Source of the DNA: Dehalococcoidia bacterium
GTDB taxonomy: Bacteria > Chloroflexota > Dehalococcoidia > GIF9 > AB-539-J10
Assembly: GCA_049671165.1 (NCBI GenBank)
Contig: JBATUN010000034.1
Location: forward strand, 36,831-100,830
Direction of reading: 5' to 3'
DNA: 64,000 nt
The position numbers were made by a program, and so were the translations under genes. This document shows positions 30,530 through 40,954 of the stretch, one piece after another (the stretch's first letter is position 1; the number at the start of each line of letters is the position of its first letter). The notes below the pieces were generated by a model that did no database searches, had not been told where the DNA came from, and saw only the letters and a list, made by a program, of their open reading frames with translations.

Positions 30530-30546
30530 ATAGATTCGTGCATAAT

Positions 30547-30619
30547 GCCCACATAGCTCAGTAGGTAGAGCACGTTCTTGGTAAGAACGGGGTCACCAGT
30601 TCGAATCTGGTTGTGGGCT
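30547..30619 (+). tRNA. tRNA-Thr (GGT)
   Basis: Acceptor GCCCACA/TGTGGGC, anticodon stem CGTTC/GAACG with loop TTGGTAA, T arm ACCAG-TTCGAAT-CTGGT. Confidence 0.9.
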
Positions 30620-30640
30620 TTGAAATAAAAGGAGGTTAAG

Positions 30641-31843
30641 ATGGCTAAGAAAGTTTATGAGCGTGTTAAACCACATATCAATGTGGGCACCATAGGGCAT
30701 GTTGATCATGGGAAGACCACACTGACTGCAGCCATGACCCAGGTATTAGCCAAGGCAGGCCCTACGCAATTCCGCGCCTTTGATTCCATAGATAACGCTC
30801 CCGAAGAAAAAGCTCGTGGGCTAACGATTGCCATTTCCCATATCGAGTATGAGACTGATAAGCGCCATTATTGCCATGTTGACTGTCCCGGGCATGCTGA
30901 CTATATCAAGAACATGATAACAGGAGCTGCTCAGATGGATGGAGCTGTTTTGGTGGTTGCTGCCGATGACGGTCCTATGCCACAGACCAGGGAGCACATC
31001 CTTCTAGCCCGACAGGTAGAAGTCCCACGCATAATAATGGCTCTCAACAAGGTGGACCTAGTGGACGACCCAGAGCTGCTGGACCTGGTGGAGATGGAGG
31101 TAAGAGACTTGCTGAAGAAGTACAACTTCCCTGGGGACGAAATTCCTATCGTGCGAGTAAGTGCTCTCAAGTCTCTGGAGTGTGGCTGTGGCAAAAGAGA
31201 TTGCCAATGGTGCGGACCAATATGGAAATTGTTGGATGCCATAGATGAGTATATTCCCCTACCCAAGAGGGAAAGGGATAAACCATTCTTGATGCCGGTA
31301 GAAGACGTATTCAGTATCAAGGGACGAGGTACTGTGCCTACAGGCCGAGTGGAACGTGGTGTAGTCAAAGGCGGTGACGATGTAGAGATAATAGGATTGA
31401 AGGAGACAAGGAAAACGGTAGTGACTAGCCTGGAAATGTTCCACAAGACTATGAATGAGGCGGAGCCAGGCGATGCCGTCGGGCTCCTATTGCGGGGCGT
31501 GGAACGGGATGACATAGAACGGGGTCAGGTTCTAGCAGCGCCAGGGTCAGTCAAGCCTCATACGGAAGCCGAGGTTGAGGTATATATTTTGACCAAGGAA
31601 GAAGGCGGCCGGCACACACCTTTCTTCAATGGTTATAAGCCCCAGTTTTTTATCAGAACTCTGGACGTTACAGGGGAAATAAGTCTTCCCGAGGGCGTAG
31701 AGATGGCTATGCCCGGTGATAGCCTGGCTCACATGAAGATTAAGACCATTTATCCTGTAGCTATGGAGCAAGGGTTACGCTTTGCTATCAGGGAAGGCGG
31801 CAGAACAGTTGGGGCTGGTGTGATTAGTAAGATTATCGCATAA
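30641..31843 (+). CDS. tuf: elongation factor Tu
   Basis: 400 aa with [18 protein letters not shown] and NKVD motifs. AAAGGAGG lies upstream. The G domain carries a [11 protein letters not shown] cysteine cluster. Confidence 0.95.
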   Translation: MAKKVYERVKPHINVGTIGHVDHGKTTLTAAMTQVLAKAGPTQFRAFDSIDNAPEEKARGLTIAISHIEYETDKRHYCHVDCPGHADYIKNMITGAAQMDGAVLVVAADDGPMPQTREHILLARQVEVPRIIMALNKVDLVDDPELLDLVEMEVRDLLKKYNFPGDEIPIVRVSALKSLECGCGKRDCQWCGPIWKLLDAIDEYIPLPKRERDKPFLMPVEDVFSIKGRGTVPTGRVERGVVKGGDDVEIIGLKETRKTVVTSLEMFHKTMNEAEPGDAVGLLLRGVERDDIERGQVLAAPGSVKPHTEAEVEVYILTKEEGGRHTPFFNGYKPQFFIRTLDVTGEISLPEGVEMAMPGDSLAHMKIKTIYPVAMEQGLRFAIREGGRTVGAGVISKIIA

Positions 31844-31882
31844 GTATTGACTTTTACTCATTTTGCAGACTTCTGAATAGAC

Positions 31883-32053
31883 GTGGCTAAAAAGAAGGGC
31901 GATTTACGCGTAATCATCCATCTAGCCTGCAATCAATGCTCGCGGAGAACATATACTACGACGAAGAACAAGAAGAATGATTCGCAACGGTTGGAGTTGA
32001 ATAAGTATTGTCCTCATTGTCGTGGCTATACTGTTCATAAAGAAACAAAGTAA
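31883..32053 (+). CDS. rpmG: 50S ribosomal protein L33 (56 aa; below the ORF-track size cutoff)
   Basis: Own translation from GTG 31883 gives [56 protein letters not shown]. It has two CxxC pairs and the conserved position between tuf and secE. Confidence 0.85.
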   Translation: MAKKKGDLRVIIHLACNQCSRRTYTTTKNKKNDSQRLELNKYCPHCRGYTVHKETK

Positions 32054-32056
32054 CTC

Positions 32057-32284
32057 ATGACAACTCGCGCCAATAAAGCAGTCACCAAATCCGGTCCAGA
32101 AAAGAAATCGAGGTTCCATTTCTTTGTTGAGGTGGTAGCTGAACTGCGGAAAGCACACTGGCCAACAAGGCAGGAGGCTTTGAGGTTAAGTATTATGGTG
32201 CTGGCTGTGTGTGTTGCTGTGGGGCTCATCTTGGGTGCTTTGGACCTGGCTTTTACAAACTTATTCTTGCTTCTAGGTGATTAG
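32057..32284 (+). CDS. secE: preprotein translocase subunit SecE
   Basis: 75 aa with FFVEVVAELRKAHWPTRQE followed by a single TM helix. Confidence 0.88.
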   Translation: MTTRANKAVTKSGPEKKSRFHFFVEVVAELRKAHWPTRQEALRLSIMVLAVCVAVGLILGALDLAFTNLFLLLGD

Positions 32285-32289
32285 TATAA

Positions 32290-32817
32290 ATGCTTGATGG
32301 GGAATGGTATCTATTATATGTCTCTTCGGGTCACGAAGAGCAAGCCCGAAGGAACCTGGAGCAACGTATCAAGTATATGGATGCGGGAGACAAGATATTT
32401 GATGTGGTGATACCCACAACCAAAGAGATAGAAATCAAAGCTGGAAAGCGGCATACGATGACCAAGAAGGCCTTCCCGGGTTATATCATGGTGAATATGA
32501 AGCTAGATGAGCACAGCTGGGACATGGTACGCAATACGCCGGGGGTCGCTGGGTTCGTGAGCGCTGGTACCAAACCTGTTCCTTTACCTGAACAAGAGGC
32601 GAATGTCATCTTACAACGTATGGACGAAGCTCCTACTGAGGTTAAAATGACTTTTAAGGAAGGTGACAGCGTGCGGGTGACGAGTGGGCCTTTTATTGAT
32701 TTCATCGGCAAAGTGGAGCAAGTCAATCTGAACAAAGGTAAGGCGATAGTCTTGCTATCGCTGTTCGGGCGAGAGACACCTGTAGAATTGGACCTCCTCG
32801 GCATAGAAAGGATATGA
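32290..32817 (+). CDS. nusG: transcription termination/antitermination factor NusG
   Basis: 175 aa with an NGN domain (WYLLYVSSGHE) and a KOW motif (GDSVRVTSGPF). Confidence 0.92.
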   Translation: MLDGEWYLLYVSSGHEEQARRNLEQRIKYMDAGDKIFDVVIPTTKEIEIKAGKRHTMTKKAFPGYIMVNMKLDEHSWDMVRNTPGVAGFVSAGTKPVPLPEQEANVILQRMDEAPTEVKMTFKEGDSVRVTSGPFIDFIGKVEQVNLNKGKAIVLLSLFGRETPVELDLLGIERI

Positions 32818-32864
32818 CACGGCTTGACTAGAAACGCACAGTGCAATGAAAGAGAGAAGCAGTA

Positions 32865-33287
32865 ATGGCTAAGAAGGTTAAAGCAATCATTAAGCTGCAG
32901 ATACAGGCGGGTAAAGCTACTCCGGCACCGCCTGTGGGGCCGGCTTTAGGGCAACATGGTATTAATATCATGGCTTTCTGCAAGGAATATAATGAAAGAA
33001 CAGCGTCTCAAGAAGGTTCTATTATCCCTGCTGAGATAACTGTATATGAAGATCGCTCCTTCATCTTTGCGACCAAGATGCCGCCAGTTTCTGACTTATT
33101 GCGGCGTGCTTTGGGAGTAGAAAAGGGCAGTGGTAAATCCGGGACCGAGACAATAGGCAAGATAAGCAAAGATAAACTCTATGAGATCGCGCGGAACAAA
33201 ATGAAGGACCTCAATACAACTGATGTTGATAAGGCGGCGAAGATTATCGCCGGCGCCGCTCGGAGCATGGGAGTTGAGGTAGAATAA
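32865..33287 (+). CDS. rplK: 50S ribosomal protein L11
   Basis: 140 aa, [34 protein letters not shown]. Confidence 0.93.
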   Translation: MAKKVKAIIKLQIQAGKATPAPPVGPALGQHGINIMAFCKEYNERTASQEGSIIPAEITVYEDRSFIFATKMPPVSDLLRRALGVEKGSGKSGTETIGKISKDKLYEIARNKMKDLNTTDVDKAAKIIAGAARSMGVEVE

Positions 33288-33330
33288 ATTCAGATTCTCG
33301 ATACTTCGCAGAATTTTGAGGTACAAATAA

Positions 33331-34053
33331 GTGGCAAAGCACGGTAAGAAATATCAGGAAGCGAGCAAACTCGTAGAGAAGTCAAGGGCATATTCTCCTG
33401 AGGAAGCAGTTGAGCTAGCTAAGAAGGCTGTCTACGCCAAGTTTGACCAGACCGTTGAGCTCCATTTGAAGATGGGAGTTGATCCTCGCAGTGCTGACCA
33501 ACAAGTGCGTGGTGTAGTTCTATTGCCTAGTGGACTGGGGAAGAAGACACGTGTGCTCGTCTTCACCCAGGGTGAGGGGGTAAAGTTGGCTCAGGAAGCA
33601 GGTGCTGACTATGCAGGAGCGGAAGAGCTTATCACGCAGATTGAAGGCGGCTGGCTTGAGTTTGATGTGTCTATTGCTACCCCTGATGTGATGCCCAAGG
33701 TGGCCAAGCTCGGTCGTATCTTAGGGCGGCGAGGCCTAATGCCCAATCCCAAGTCTGGCACTGTGGTACAGCCTCAAGACCTGGCTCGGGTTATAGGCGA
33801 AGCTCGCAAAGGCCGGGCAGAATTTCGTTTGGACAGGACAGCTATTATCCACTTGCCCATTGGCAAGATCAGTTTTGACAAGGATAAGCTCTTGGAGAAC
33901 TTGGCAGCAGCGATCGAAGCTATTGTTAGGGCAAAGCCCAGTGGATCCAAAGGGCAATATATCAGAAGCGCGTCTCTGTCCACCGCCATGGGGCCAGGAT
34001 TCAAACTGGATATTTCGTCTGTACTTGCAGTGTCAAGTCTTTTGAACCGGTAA
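33331..34053 (+). CDS. rplA: 50S ribosomal protein L1
   Basis: 240 aa with a GTG start. The typical L1 sequence is present ([14 protein letters not shown]). Confidence 0.92.
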   Translation: MAKHGKKYQEASKLVEKSRAYSPEEAVELAKKAVYAKFDQTVELHLKMGVDPRSADQQVRGVVLLPSGLGKKTRVLVFTQGEGVKLAQEAGADYAGAEELITQIEGGWLEFDVSIATPDVMPKVAKLGRILGRRGLMPNPKSGTVVQPQDLARVIGEARKGRAEFRLDRTAIIHLPIGKISFDKDKLLENLAAAIEAIVRAKPSGSKGQYIRSASLSTAMGPGFKLDISSVLAVSSLLNR

Positions 34054-34183
34054 CCTAGTGGCAGGCCGGCAAGTTCCATAAGCCCATGTATTGAAAGAAG
34101 CTGTTGTATTGATGCCTGTGCCTCCCAGCAGTGGCACAAACGGTATTCGTCATATCGATGTGAATCCAAACAAAGCTCAATAA

Positions 34184-34681
34184 ATGAAACCTCTGATGAT
34201 CTATATCTCCGTGCACCACGGCAATACTGAAAAAGTTGCCAAGACCATGGCGAATATCCTCGATGCCGACTTGGTGCAGGTGAAGCAAGCGGCTGCCATT
34301 ATGCTTGAGCGGTATGGCTTGATTGGTTTTGGCTCAGGGATTTATTTTGGCAAACATCATGAAAGCCTTTTAGATTTTGTCGACAAGCTGCCCGTGGTCA
34401 GAAACAAGAAGGCATTCATTTTTTCAACAAGTGGACTAAGGAAAATACCGCTTGTCCACGATTTCGATAAGCCGCTGAGGAAGAAGCTGCAACGGAAAGG
34501 CTTCGATATTGTCGCTGAATTTTCTTGCCGGGGACTTGACACGTACAGGGCAACTGGGCTTGTTGGTGGAGTAAACAAGGGCAGGCCTAATGCCGACGAC
34601 TTGAAACAAGCAGAAGATTTCGCCAGACGCCTCAAAGATTCTCTGCACTCATATCTCAATTGGACATTGCCGTCCAACTAA
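34184..34681 (+). CDS. flavodoxin-domain protein
   Basis: 165 aa, MIYISVHHGNTEKVAKTMA....GFGSGIY, a flavodoxin-like pattern. Confidence 0.65.
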   Translation: MKPLMIYISVHHGNTEKVAKTMANILDADLVQVKQAAAIMLERYGLIGFGSGIYFGKHHESLLDFVDKLPVVRNKKAFIFSTSGLRKIPLVHDFDKPLRKKLQRKGFDIVAEFSCRGLDTYRATGLVGGVNKGRPNADDLKQAEDFARRLKDSLHSYLNWTLPSN

Positions 34682-35259
34682 CGGCTCACCAACCGTTTCC
34701 CCAGTTCTTCAGCTTCCCGCATCAATGCTTTATTATCTGCAATCTCACCGGCCTCTGTTGCACTGCCGTACACCATACCAACAATCTTTGAGCCTGTGTA
34801 ACGGAAGGCATCTTGAAATGTTCGCAACGCGTTCACGCACCCGGATCTGACCGGATCAGCATCCCCGTAACTCATTGCGATAGCGATTCGTTTGCCCGCA
34901 AAAGGATTCTCTGCATAAGCAGTGAGTGCGTAACAGCGATCCATAAATATCTTTGTCTGAGCGGACATGGTAAACCAATAAACCGGGCTGGCAATTACCC
35001 AGGCGTCCGCCCTTATTAACTTCGGGTATATTTCCTGCATGTCATCTTTGATCGCACATCCTTTGCCATCCTGTTTTTTGCAGGTATCACAGCCCCGGCA
35101 GGGACTGATTTTCAGGCCATGAAGAAACACCGTGTCTACTTCTGCGCCAGCGGATTTTGCTCCCCGCGAAATCCGGGCTGCTAAGGTAGAGCTGTTCCCT
35201 TTCCTCCTCGGACTACCTAAAATGACCAGTACCTGCTTAGTCTTTGCTTTGTTTGCCAA
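34678..35259 (-). CDS. iron-sulfur flavoprotein / NADPH-dependent FMN reductase family
   Basis: 193 aa with LVILGSPRRKGNS and a compact cysteine motif CRGCDTCKKQDGKGC. Confidence 0.7.
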   Translation of the reverse strand: MANKAKTKQVLVILGSPRRKGNSSTLAARISRGAKSAGAEVDTVFLHGLKISPCRGCDTCKKQDGKGCAIKDDMQEIYPKLIRADAWVIASPVYWFTMSAQTKIFMDRCYALTAYAENPFAGKRIAIAMSYGDADPVRSGCVNALRTFQDAFRYTGSKIVGMVYGSATEAGEIADNKALMREAEELGKRLVSR

Positions 35260-35290
35260 TGTTCTTGCCTCCTAAATGATATTCACAAAA

Positions 35291-35665
35291 CTATTCCCGG
35301 TTCCTGACTGTGATTTTCGTTCCTGTGGCTACCTTTTTGAATATTGTGGCATCGCCGATGACTTTGCCGAACACGGTAACCGGGCTGGCCGGGCGAATTT
35401 CATCTCTCTGACTTACAGGGGTGGGACCGAAGAAGATACAAAACGCATTGCCGTCAGGCCAGTAACCTAAATCTCCGATGCTTACCACTTCTTGTCCGGC
35501 CTCTAACTGAAGGCTGAGGGGAATCGAGAAGTATATTTCGTCTCCCCAAAGATTGACACGGCTTTTGATAGGCAACGCTTCCCAGATTTCCTGAGCCGTC
35601 CTGGTATTATTTAGCTCAGCCTCTGTCTCGATCGCTCCTGCTGTTATCCGAATTTTGTTTCCCAT
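35291..35665 (-). CDS. cyclophilin-like fold protein (DUF3830-like)
   Basis: 124 aa with LWGDEIYF and GDLGYWPDGNAFCIFFGPTP motifs typical of the cyclophilin-like superfamily. Confidence 0.55.
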   Translation of the reverse strand: MGNKIRITAGAIETEAELNNTRTAQEIWEALPIKSRVNLWGDEIYFSIPLSLQLEAGQEVVSIGDLGYWPDGNAFCIFFGPTPVSQRDEIRPASPVTVFGKVIGDATIFKKVATGTKITVRNRE

Positions 35666-35739
35666 ATTTGCCGACCGCTTGCAAGCTTATGACTGAGCCT
35701 GTAGGAGATCGTATCGCCGGAAAAAACGAGCTAATAATC

Positions 35740-36237
35740 TCAGTCCATCTTTTTGAACATCTTGCCCTTGGTTCCACACACAGGGCAGCTATCAGGTGGT
35801 TCTTTTTCCGAGGTGTAGCCGCAGACGGGACACACGTAATAAGCATAGCTCTCTTTGCTGGCGCCACGATTATCAAGGAGCTTCTGGTAAAGCTGTGCGT
35901 GAATCTTTTCTACCTCATTGGCATAATGAAATGACCGTTCTGCCTCTTTGTTTCCTTCAGCTTTGGCAGCCTCCAGCATCTTGGGATACATGTCCTTGAA
36001 TTCATGGGTCTCACCTGTTATAGCTTCCAGCAGGTTCTCTTTGGTACTCTTGATCCCCTTGAGCGCTTTAAGATGATTATGGGCATGAATAGTCTCAGCT
36101 TCAGCAGCGGCTCGAAATAGCTTCGCTACCTGTGGATGACCCTCCTTGTCAGCAGCGGCAGCAAAGGCAAGATACTTGCGGTTTGCCTGTGATTCTCCGG
36201 CAAAGGCGTCTCTCAAGTTTTGTTCAGTTCTAAGCAT
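35740..36237 (-). CDS. rubrerythrin
   Basis: 165 aa with a ferritin-like diiron domain (two ExxH) and a C-terminal rubredoxin CPVCG...CPVCG. Confidence 0.9.
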   Translation of the reverse strand: MLRTEQNLRDAFAGESQANRKYLAFAAAADKEGHPQVAKLFRAAAEAETIHAHNHLKALKGIKSTKENLLEAITGETHEFKDMYPKMLEAAKAEGNKEAERSFHYANEVEKIHAQLYQKLLDNRGASKESYAYYVCPVCGYTSEKEPPDSCPVCGTKGKMFKKMD

Positions 36238-36494
36238 AGCTACTTTTCCTCCTCTCGATACTAGGCCTTACTGGGCGAATGGGCTTATTATACTATCGGC
36301 AACGAGCAGCCGCCAGTTTTCAGGTGGGATAGGGCGGGGTAGTAAAATCACTTGTTTGAGGATAGTGGTATATCTGCAGGGTTGCGTGTCACCCTTGTGC
36401 TTTCTGTCAAGAGTGAGGTACCATTCTAGTTGAGTACTTTATGTGGCATACTTAAATGCGAACTTCGAGCCAGTTTCTGGCAAGGGGGGCAACC

Positions 36495-38069
36495 ATGAAC
36501 GTAGCTAAAGCGGACGAAATGAAAGATCTGGACAGGCGTGCTGGGGAAGAGTTTGGCATCTCGGAAGATCTTCTGATGGAAAACGCCGGTCAGGCAGTGT
36601 ACTTCGTCATATCACAGGAATTCGGTATAAAGGACAACAAATTCGTGGTCTTTTGTGGTGGTGGTAATAATGGTGGGGACGGGCTCGTTGTGGCTCGGAA
36701 GATTCACTCCAATGGGGGGGAAGTAAAGGTCTTTCTTCTCGACGATGAAGCCAAATTTAGAGGGGCAGCAAAAAAGAACTTTGAAATAGTGTCGAGGATG
36801 CCAATAGAGATGTCCAGGGTCAGCTCTATTGACTCCGTGGTACCTGAGCTCCTTGATTGTGATGCCATCGTGGATGCCATATTCGGCACGGGTCTTGCTC
36901 GCAAGGTCAGCGGTATATACAAAGGTATAATCCAACTGGTAAATGAAAGCCAAAGCACAGTATTCAGTGTGGATATTCCTTCAGGCATAAATGGCGATAC
37001 CGGAGAGGTGATGGGTGTGGCAGTAGAGGCAGATTGTACCGTGACATTTGGGCTTCCCAAGCTGGGGAATATGCTTTATCCCGGGTATGAGCACTGCGGA
37101 AAGCTGTATGTTTCACATATATCTTTCCCACCTGCCCTCTATAATTCCCACGACATAAAGGTGGCAATTAATAATCCTGTAGAGCTTCCCGAAAGGGCCA
37201 GAGATACTCATAAGGGCAGCTATGGAAAGGCTCTTTTTATTGCCGGCTCTGCTAGTTACCTCGGTGCGCCATACTTCTCCGCCCTCTCTTTTCTCAAAGC
37301 CGGAGGCGGGCTCTCCTACCTGGCAACACCCAAATCTATTTCGCCATTCCTGGCAAGCAAAGGAAGCGAGATTGTCTTTGTTCCTCAAAAAGAGACGCCT
37401 TCAGGAAGCATAGCACTGGAAAACAAAGATGACCTTTTGGAATTTTCCCAAACAATGGATATCGTGATTTTGGGTCCCGGTCTTTCTCTGGCCAGGGAGA
37501 CACAGGAGCTGGTGCGGAAGCTAGCCCCCAAAATCGACAAGCCTCTGCTCATAGACGGCGATGGAATTACTGCCATTGCTGGAGACTTGGGAAAGATAAG
37601 AAAGAGGGAAGCACCGACGATACTTACGCCTCATCTGGGAGAGATGTCCCGAATTACCAAAATGGAGATAGGCGAGATAAACAAAAACAAGATAGATGTT
37701 TTGCAACACACGGCACGGGAACTCAATGCCATAATTATCTTAAAGGGAGCCCATTCGCTAATAGGTTATCCCGATGGGACTGTCTTCATCAACGTAAGCG
37801 GCAACTCGGGCATGGCCACAGCCGGGAGCGGTGATGTCCTGACGGGAACAATGGCCGCCATGTACGGTTTGGGATTAACTCTCGAGGATGCAGTAAGGAT
37901 GGGCGTGTTTATCCACGGATTTTCCGGCGATGTTGCCGCCGTAGACAAAGGCGAGGACGGGATAACGGCGCAGGACATACTGGACTGTCTCCCCGAAACC
38001 GTGAAGCTTTATAGAGATAACTTTGCCGAAATTTCGGAAAATCTCTATGAAAGTATCTTCGTGGTATGA
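36495..38069 (+). CDS. nnr: bifunctional NAD(P)H-hydrate epimerase / ADP-dependent dehydratase
   Basis: The track ORF starts at 36456. I prefer the ATG at 36495 after AAGGGGGG. The YjeF_N motif CGGGNNGGDG and the C-terminal kinase-like GSGDVLTG are present. Confidence 0.88.
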   Translation: MNVAKADEMKDLDRRAGEEFGISEDLLMENAGQAVYFVISQEFGIKDNKFVVFCGGGNNGGDGLVVARKIHSNGGEVKVFLLDDEAKFRGAAKKNFEIVSRMPIEMSRVSSIDSVVPELLDCDAIVDAIFGTGLARKVSGIYKGIIQLVNESQSTVFSVDIPSGINGDTGEVMGVAVEADCTVTFGLPKLGNMLYPGYEHCGKLYVSHISFPPALYNSHDIKVAINNPVELPERARDTHKGSYGKALFIAGSASYLGAPYFSALSFLKAGGGLSYLATPKSISPFLASKGSEIVFVPQKETPSGSIALENKDDLLEFSQTMDIVILGPGLSLARETQELVRKLAPKIDKPLLIDGDGITAIAGDLGKIRKREAPTILTPHLGEMSRITKMEIGEINKNKIDVLQHTARELNAIIILKGAHSLIGYPDGTVFINVSGNSGMATAGSGDVLTGTMAAMYGLGLTLEDAVRMGVFIHGFSGDVAAVDKGEDGITAQDILDCLPETVKLYRDNFAEISENLYESIFVV

Positions 38070-38158
38070 GGAAGTATCGGGACTGCTTAACGCGCGCTGC
38101 TAGTATGACACAAAACCAGCTTGATGTTTTGCTGCCTAAGGGGAAGGAAGGTGGAACA

Positions 38159-39178
38159 ATGAAGGCGATGGTGCTGGAGAAAATCTCCTCGGTCGAGGAA
38201 AAACCTTTGAGGCTGGTGGATTTGTCCCAACCTGTTCCCGGGCGACGCCAAATTTTGGTCAAGGTGTCTGCGTGCGGAGTCTGTCACACCGAGCTTGACG
38301 AAATTGAAGGCCGTGTTGCTCCTTCGCGATTTCCCATGATTCTGGGTCATGAAATTGTGGGTGGGGTGGAAGGCTTGGGGCGGGAGGCAGGCAAATTCAA
38401 AAAAGGCGATAGAGTAGGTATTGCTTGGATTAACTGGGCTTGTGGTCGTTGTTCCTTTTGTGTCAAAGACGAGGAGAATCTCTGTGACAAGGCAAAATGG
38501 ACGGGGAAAGATGCCTACGGAGGCTATGCCCAATATACCGTAGTATCAGAGGACTTTGCCTATCCGATTCCCGAAAAGTTTACCGATGTGAAAGCTGCTC
38601 CGCTTTTGTGTGCCGGAGTGATTGGCTACCGGGCCTTAAGACTCTCAGGGATGGAAGACGGCAGAGTACTTGGACTTTATGGCTTTGGAGCCTCCGCCCA
38701 TATTGTGATTCAAGTTGCCAAACATAAGTATCCGAATGGCAGAGTTTTCGTTTTTACACGGCCCCACCAGAAAGAGCACCAGGATTTAGCCAGGAAATTG
38801 GGAGCGGACTGGATTGGAGCCGCCGGTGACACACCTCCGGAAAAGCTTGACTGCGCCATTGACTTTACTCCTGTGGGAGGGCCGGTGCGCGAAGCTCTGA
38901 GGAATCTACAGAAGGGAGGAAGGGTGGTCATAAATGCCATCCGCAAGACGACGCCTATTCCGGAATTAGACTACACCGAACATCTCTGGTATGAGAAAGA
39001 AGTGAAAAGTGTGGCCAATGTGACCAGAGAGGATGCTCAAGAGTTTCTTCCCCTGGCTGCGGAAATTCCCATTGTCCCGGAAACCCAGCAATTTAAGTTG
39101 GAAGAAGCCAATGAAGCCTTGGTTTTGCTCAAGGAAGGAAAAATCCACGGGGCCGGAGTATTGAAGATAGCCGAATGA
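38159..39178 (+). CDS. zinc-dependent alcohol dehydrogenase family protein
   Basis: The track ORF starts at 38066. I prefer the ATG at 38159 after AAGGAAGGTGG (MKAMVLEK...). GVCHTE, GHEIVG and the structural-zinc CGRCSFC motifs are present. Confidence 0.85.
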   Translation: MKAMVLEKISSVEEKPLRLVDLSQPVPGRRQILVKVSACGVCHTELDEIEGRVAPSRFPMILGHEIVGGVEGLGREAGKFKKGDRVGIAWINWACGRCSFCVKDEENLCDKAKWTGKDAYGGYAQYTVVSEDFAYPIPEKFTDVKAAPLLCAGVIGYRALRLSGMEDGRVLGLYGFGASAHIVIQVAKHKYPNGRVFVFTRPHQKEHQDLARKLGADWIGAAGDTPPEKLDCAIDFTPVGGPVREALRNLQKGGRVVINAIRKTTPIPELDYTEHLWYEKEVKSVANVTREDAQEFLPLAAEIPIVPETQQFKLEEANEALVLLKEGKIHGAGVLKIAE

Positions 39179-39222
39179 CAAAAGGCAAAGGCCTGGCAAT
39201 GACAGGAAAAGGAGTGCCCGAG

Positions 39223-39792
39223 ATGCTACGAGATTTAATATTAAGGAACAGAAGCTATCGGCGGTTTTATGAAGAAGTTGACATAAAACTTGAGACCTTG
39301 AAAGAATTTGTTGACCTTACCCGGCTCTCGGCATCGGCGATGAATGCACAACCGCTTAAATATATCCTTTCCAGCGAGCCTCAGAGAAATTCGTTGATAT
39401 TTCCACATCTGGCCTGGGCTACTTCTTTGAAGACCTGGCCTGGTCCTGCTGACGGGGAAAGACCGTCGGCCTACATTATTGTTCTCGGGGACACAGAGAT
39501 AAGCAGGTTTTGGGACTACGACGCCGGTATAGCGGCACAAAGTATCTTGCTGGGCGCTACTGAGAGAAGCCTGGGCGGCTGTATGATTGCCAATATACGA
39601 AAGGAAGGACTTCGTAAGGCTTTGAAGATACCGCCACGATATGAGATACTACTTGTCCTGGCTCTGGGCAAGCCCAAAGAAAAGGTGGTGGTAGAAACGG
39701 TAGGCCCCGATGGGAATACTAGGTACTGGCGCGATAGTGAAGAAGTGCATCATGTGCCCAAGCGCCCCCTCGGTGAAATAATCATCGGTTAG
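39223..39792 (+). CDS. nitroreductase family protein
   Basis: The track ORF starts at 39175. I prefer the ATG at 39223 after AAAGGAG. RSYRRF is near the N-terminus. Confidence 0.75.
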   Translation: MLRDLILRNRSYRRFYEEVDIKLETLKEFVDLTRLSASAMNAQPLKYILSSEPQRNSLIFPHLAWATSLKTWPGPADGERPSAYIIVLGDTEISRFWDYDAGIAAQSILLGATERSLGGCMIANIRKEGLRKALKIPPRYEILLVLALGKPKEKVVVETVGPDGNTRYWRDSEEVHHVPKRPLGEIIIG

Positions 39793-40060
39793 CTGACGCC
39801 AAGCAACACCATCTTGTGCACAGATACGAAAACTAAAACATCACTGAACCGAGCGCTGAGCCACCGAGCCGGGAGCAGGTGTATAATACACTATCCACAA
39901 CAAATCTTCGGGCCACTCTGCCCCAGGAATTCCGCGGATATTAGTTACAAACAGGAGAAGGAAGGCGATGCGTCACCAAGTATTGAAACGGGGACATCTT
40001 ATTCCAGTCTGAACCGCCGTCTCTGAAGTGAAGAAAGCTTTGTCCGGAAGGAGATAGCTT

Positions 40061-40909
40061 ATGGAGATTAGGCTTAATACACATGGGCGGAACTCGTTAG
40101 CCACAAAAGTCTTCTTCAGCGACGAAAGTGGTTTCGAAGTTGCCTCCGTAATCGTGACAGGTAAAACTGATGCTGTTCTCATCGATGCACAGTGGACCTT
40201 GTCAAATGCACACCGAGTAATCGCAGAAATACTGGAAACAGGCAAATACCTTAGAACGATTTACATTACCCATGCGCATCCCGACCATTACTTTGGATTG
40301 GGCACTATTGCAGAAGCCTTCCCGGAGGCCCGCGTTGTAGCGCTCCCTTCGGTAGCCCGTGTTATCAACAAACAGTTTTTTGGCAAGATAGAGCACTGGG
40401 AAAAAGTGATAGGAGTTATAAACGTACCCAGAAAAACCGCCAAGATTGAGTCTCTCACCGAGAACTACTTCGAACTGGAAGGGGAACGTATCGAGATTAT
40501 CCCCGAAGTGATGGGGGACATGAAATATAACACAGCAGTCTGGATTCCTTCGATACGGACTCTGGTCGGCAGCGATGTTCTTTTCAACCAAGCACATCCT
40601 TTTACGTGCGAGCTTACTGCCGAAGAAAGGGAGCAATGGATACGGGACATTGAGCGCCTGGAGAAACTGGATGCTGAGGTAATAATTCCTGGCCATCAGA
40701 AACGGGGAATGCCCTTCGACTCCAGTTCATTCGATTTCACCAAGGACTATCTTGTCGCTACTGAAGAAGAACTGGCAAGAACAAAGGAGGTAGCCAGTTT
40801 CTATTACGCCATGGTTAAACGCTTCCCGGAAGCCAATCTCTTCATCAGTAATGAAATGAACGCAAATGTGTTCAAAGGGGGAATGAGCTGGAATTGGCGA
40901 GAATATTAG
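40061..40909 (+). CDS. MBL-fold metallo-hydrolase
   Basis: 282 aa with the THAHPDH motif. GGAAGGAG lies upstream. Confidence 0.8.
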   Translation: MEIRLNTHGRNSLATKVFFSDESGFEVASVIVTGKTDAVLIDAQWTLSNAHRVIAEILETGKYLRTIYITHAHPDHYFGLGTIAEAFPEARVVALPSVARVINKQFFGKIEHWEKVIGVINVPRKTAKIESLTENYFELEGERIEIIPEVMGDMKYNTAVWIPSIRTLVGSDVLFNQAHPFTCELTAEEREQWIRDIERLEKLDAEVIIPGHQKRGMPFDSSSFDFTKDYLVATEEELARTKEVASFYYAMVKRFPEANLFISNEMNANVFKGGMSWNWREY

Positions 40910-40954
40910 GGTATGGTCATTGAGCATTGAAAACAACTGAGGAGGATGGAACCT

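Noticed and set aside
30518-30546. Second promoter-like motif TTGACT-N17-CATAAT upstream of tRNA-Thr(GGT)
   Set aside because: Its -10 abuts the mature tRNA 5' end, so transcription would start inside the tRNA. The overlapping upstream motif at 30501-30529 is positioned sensibly and is preferred.
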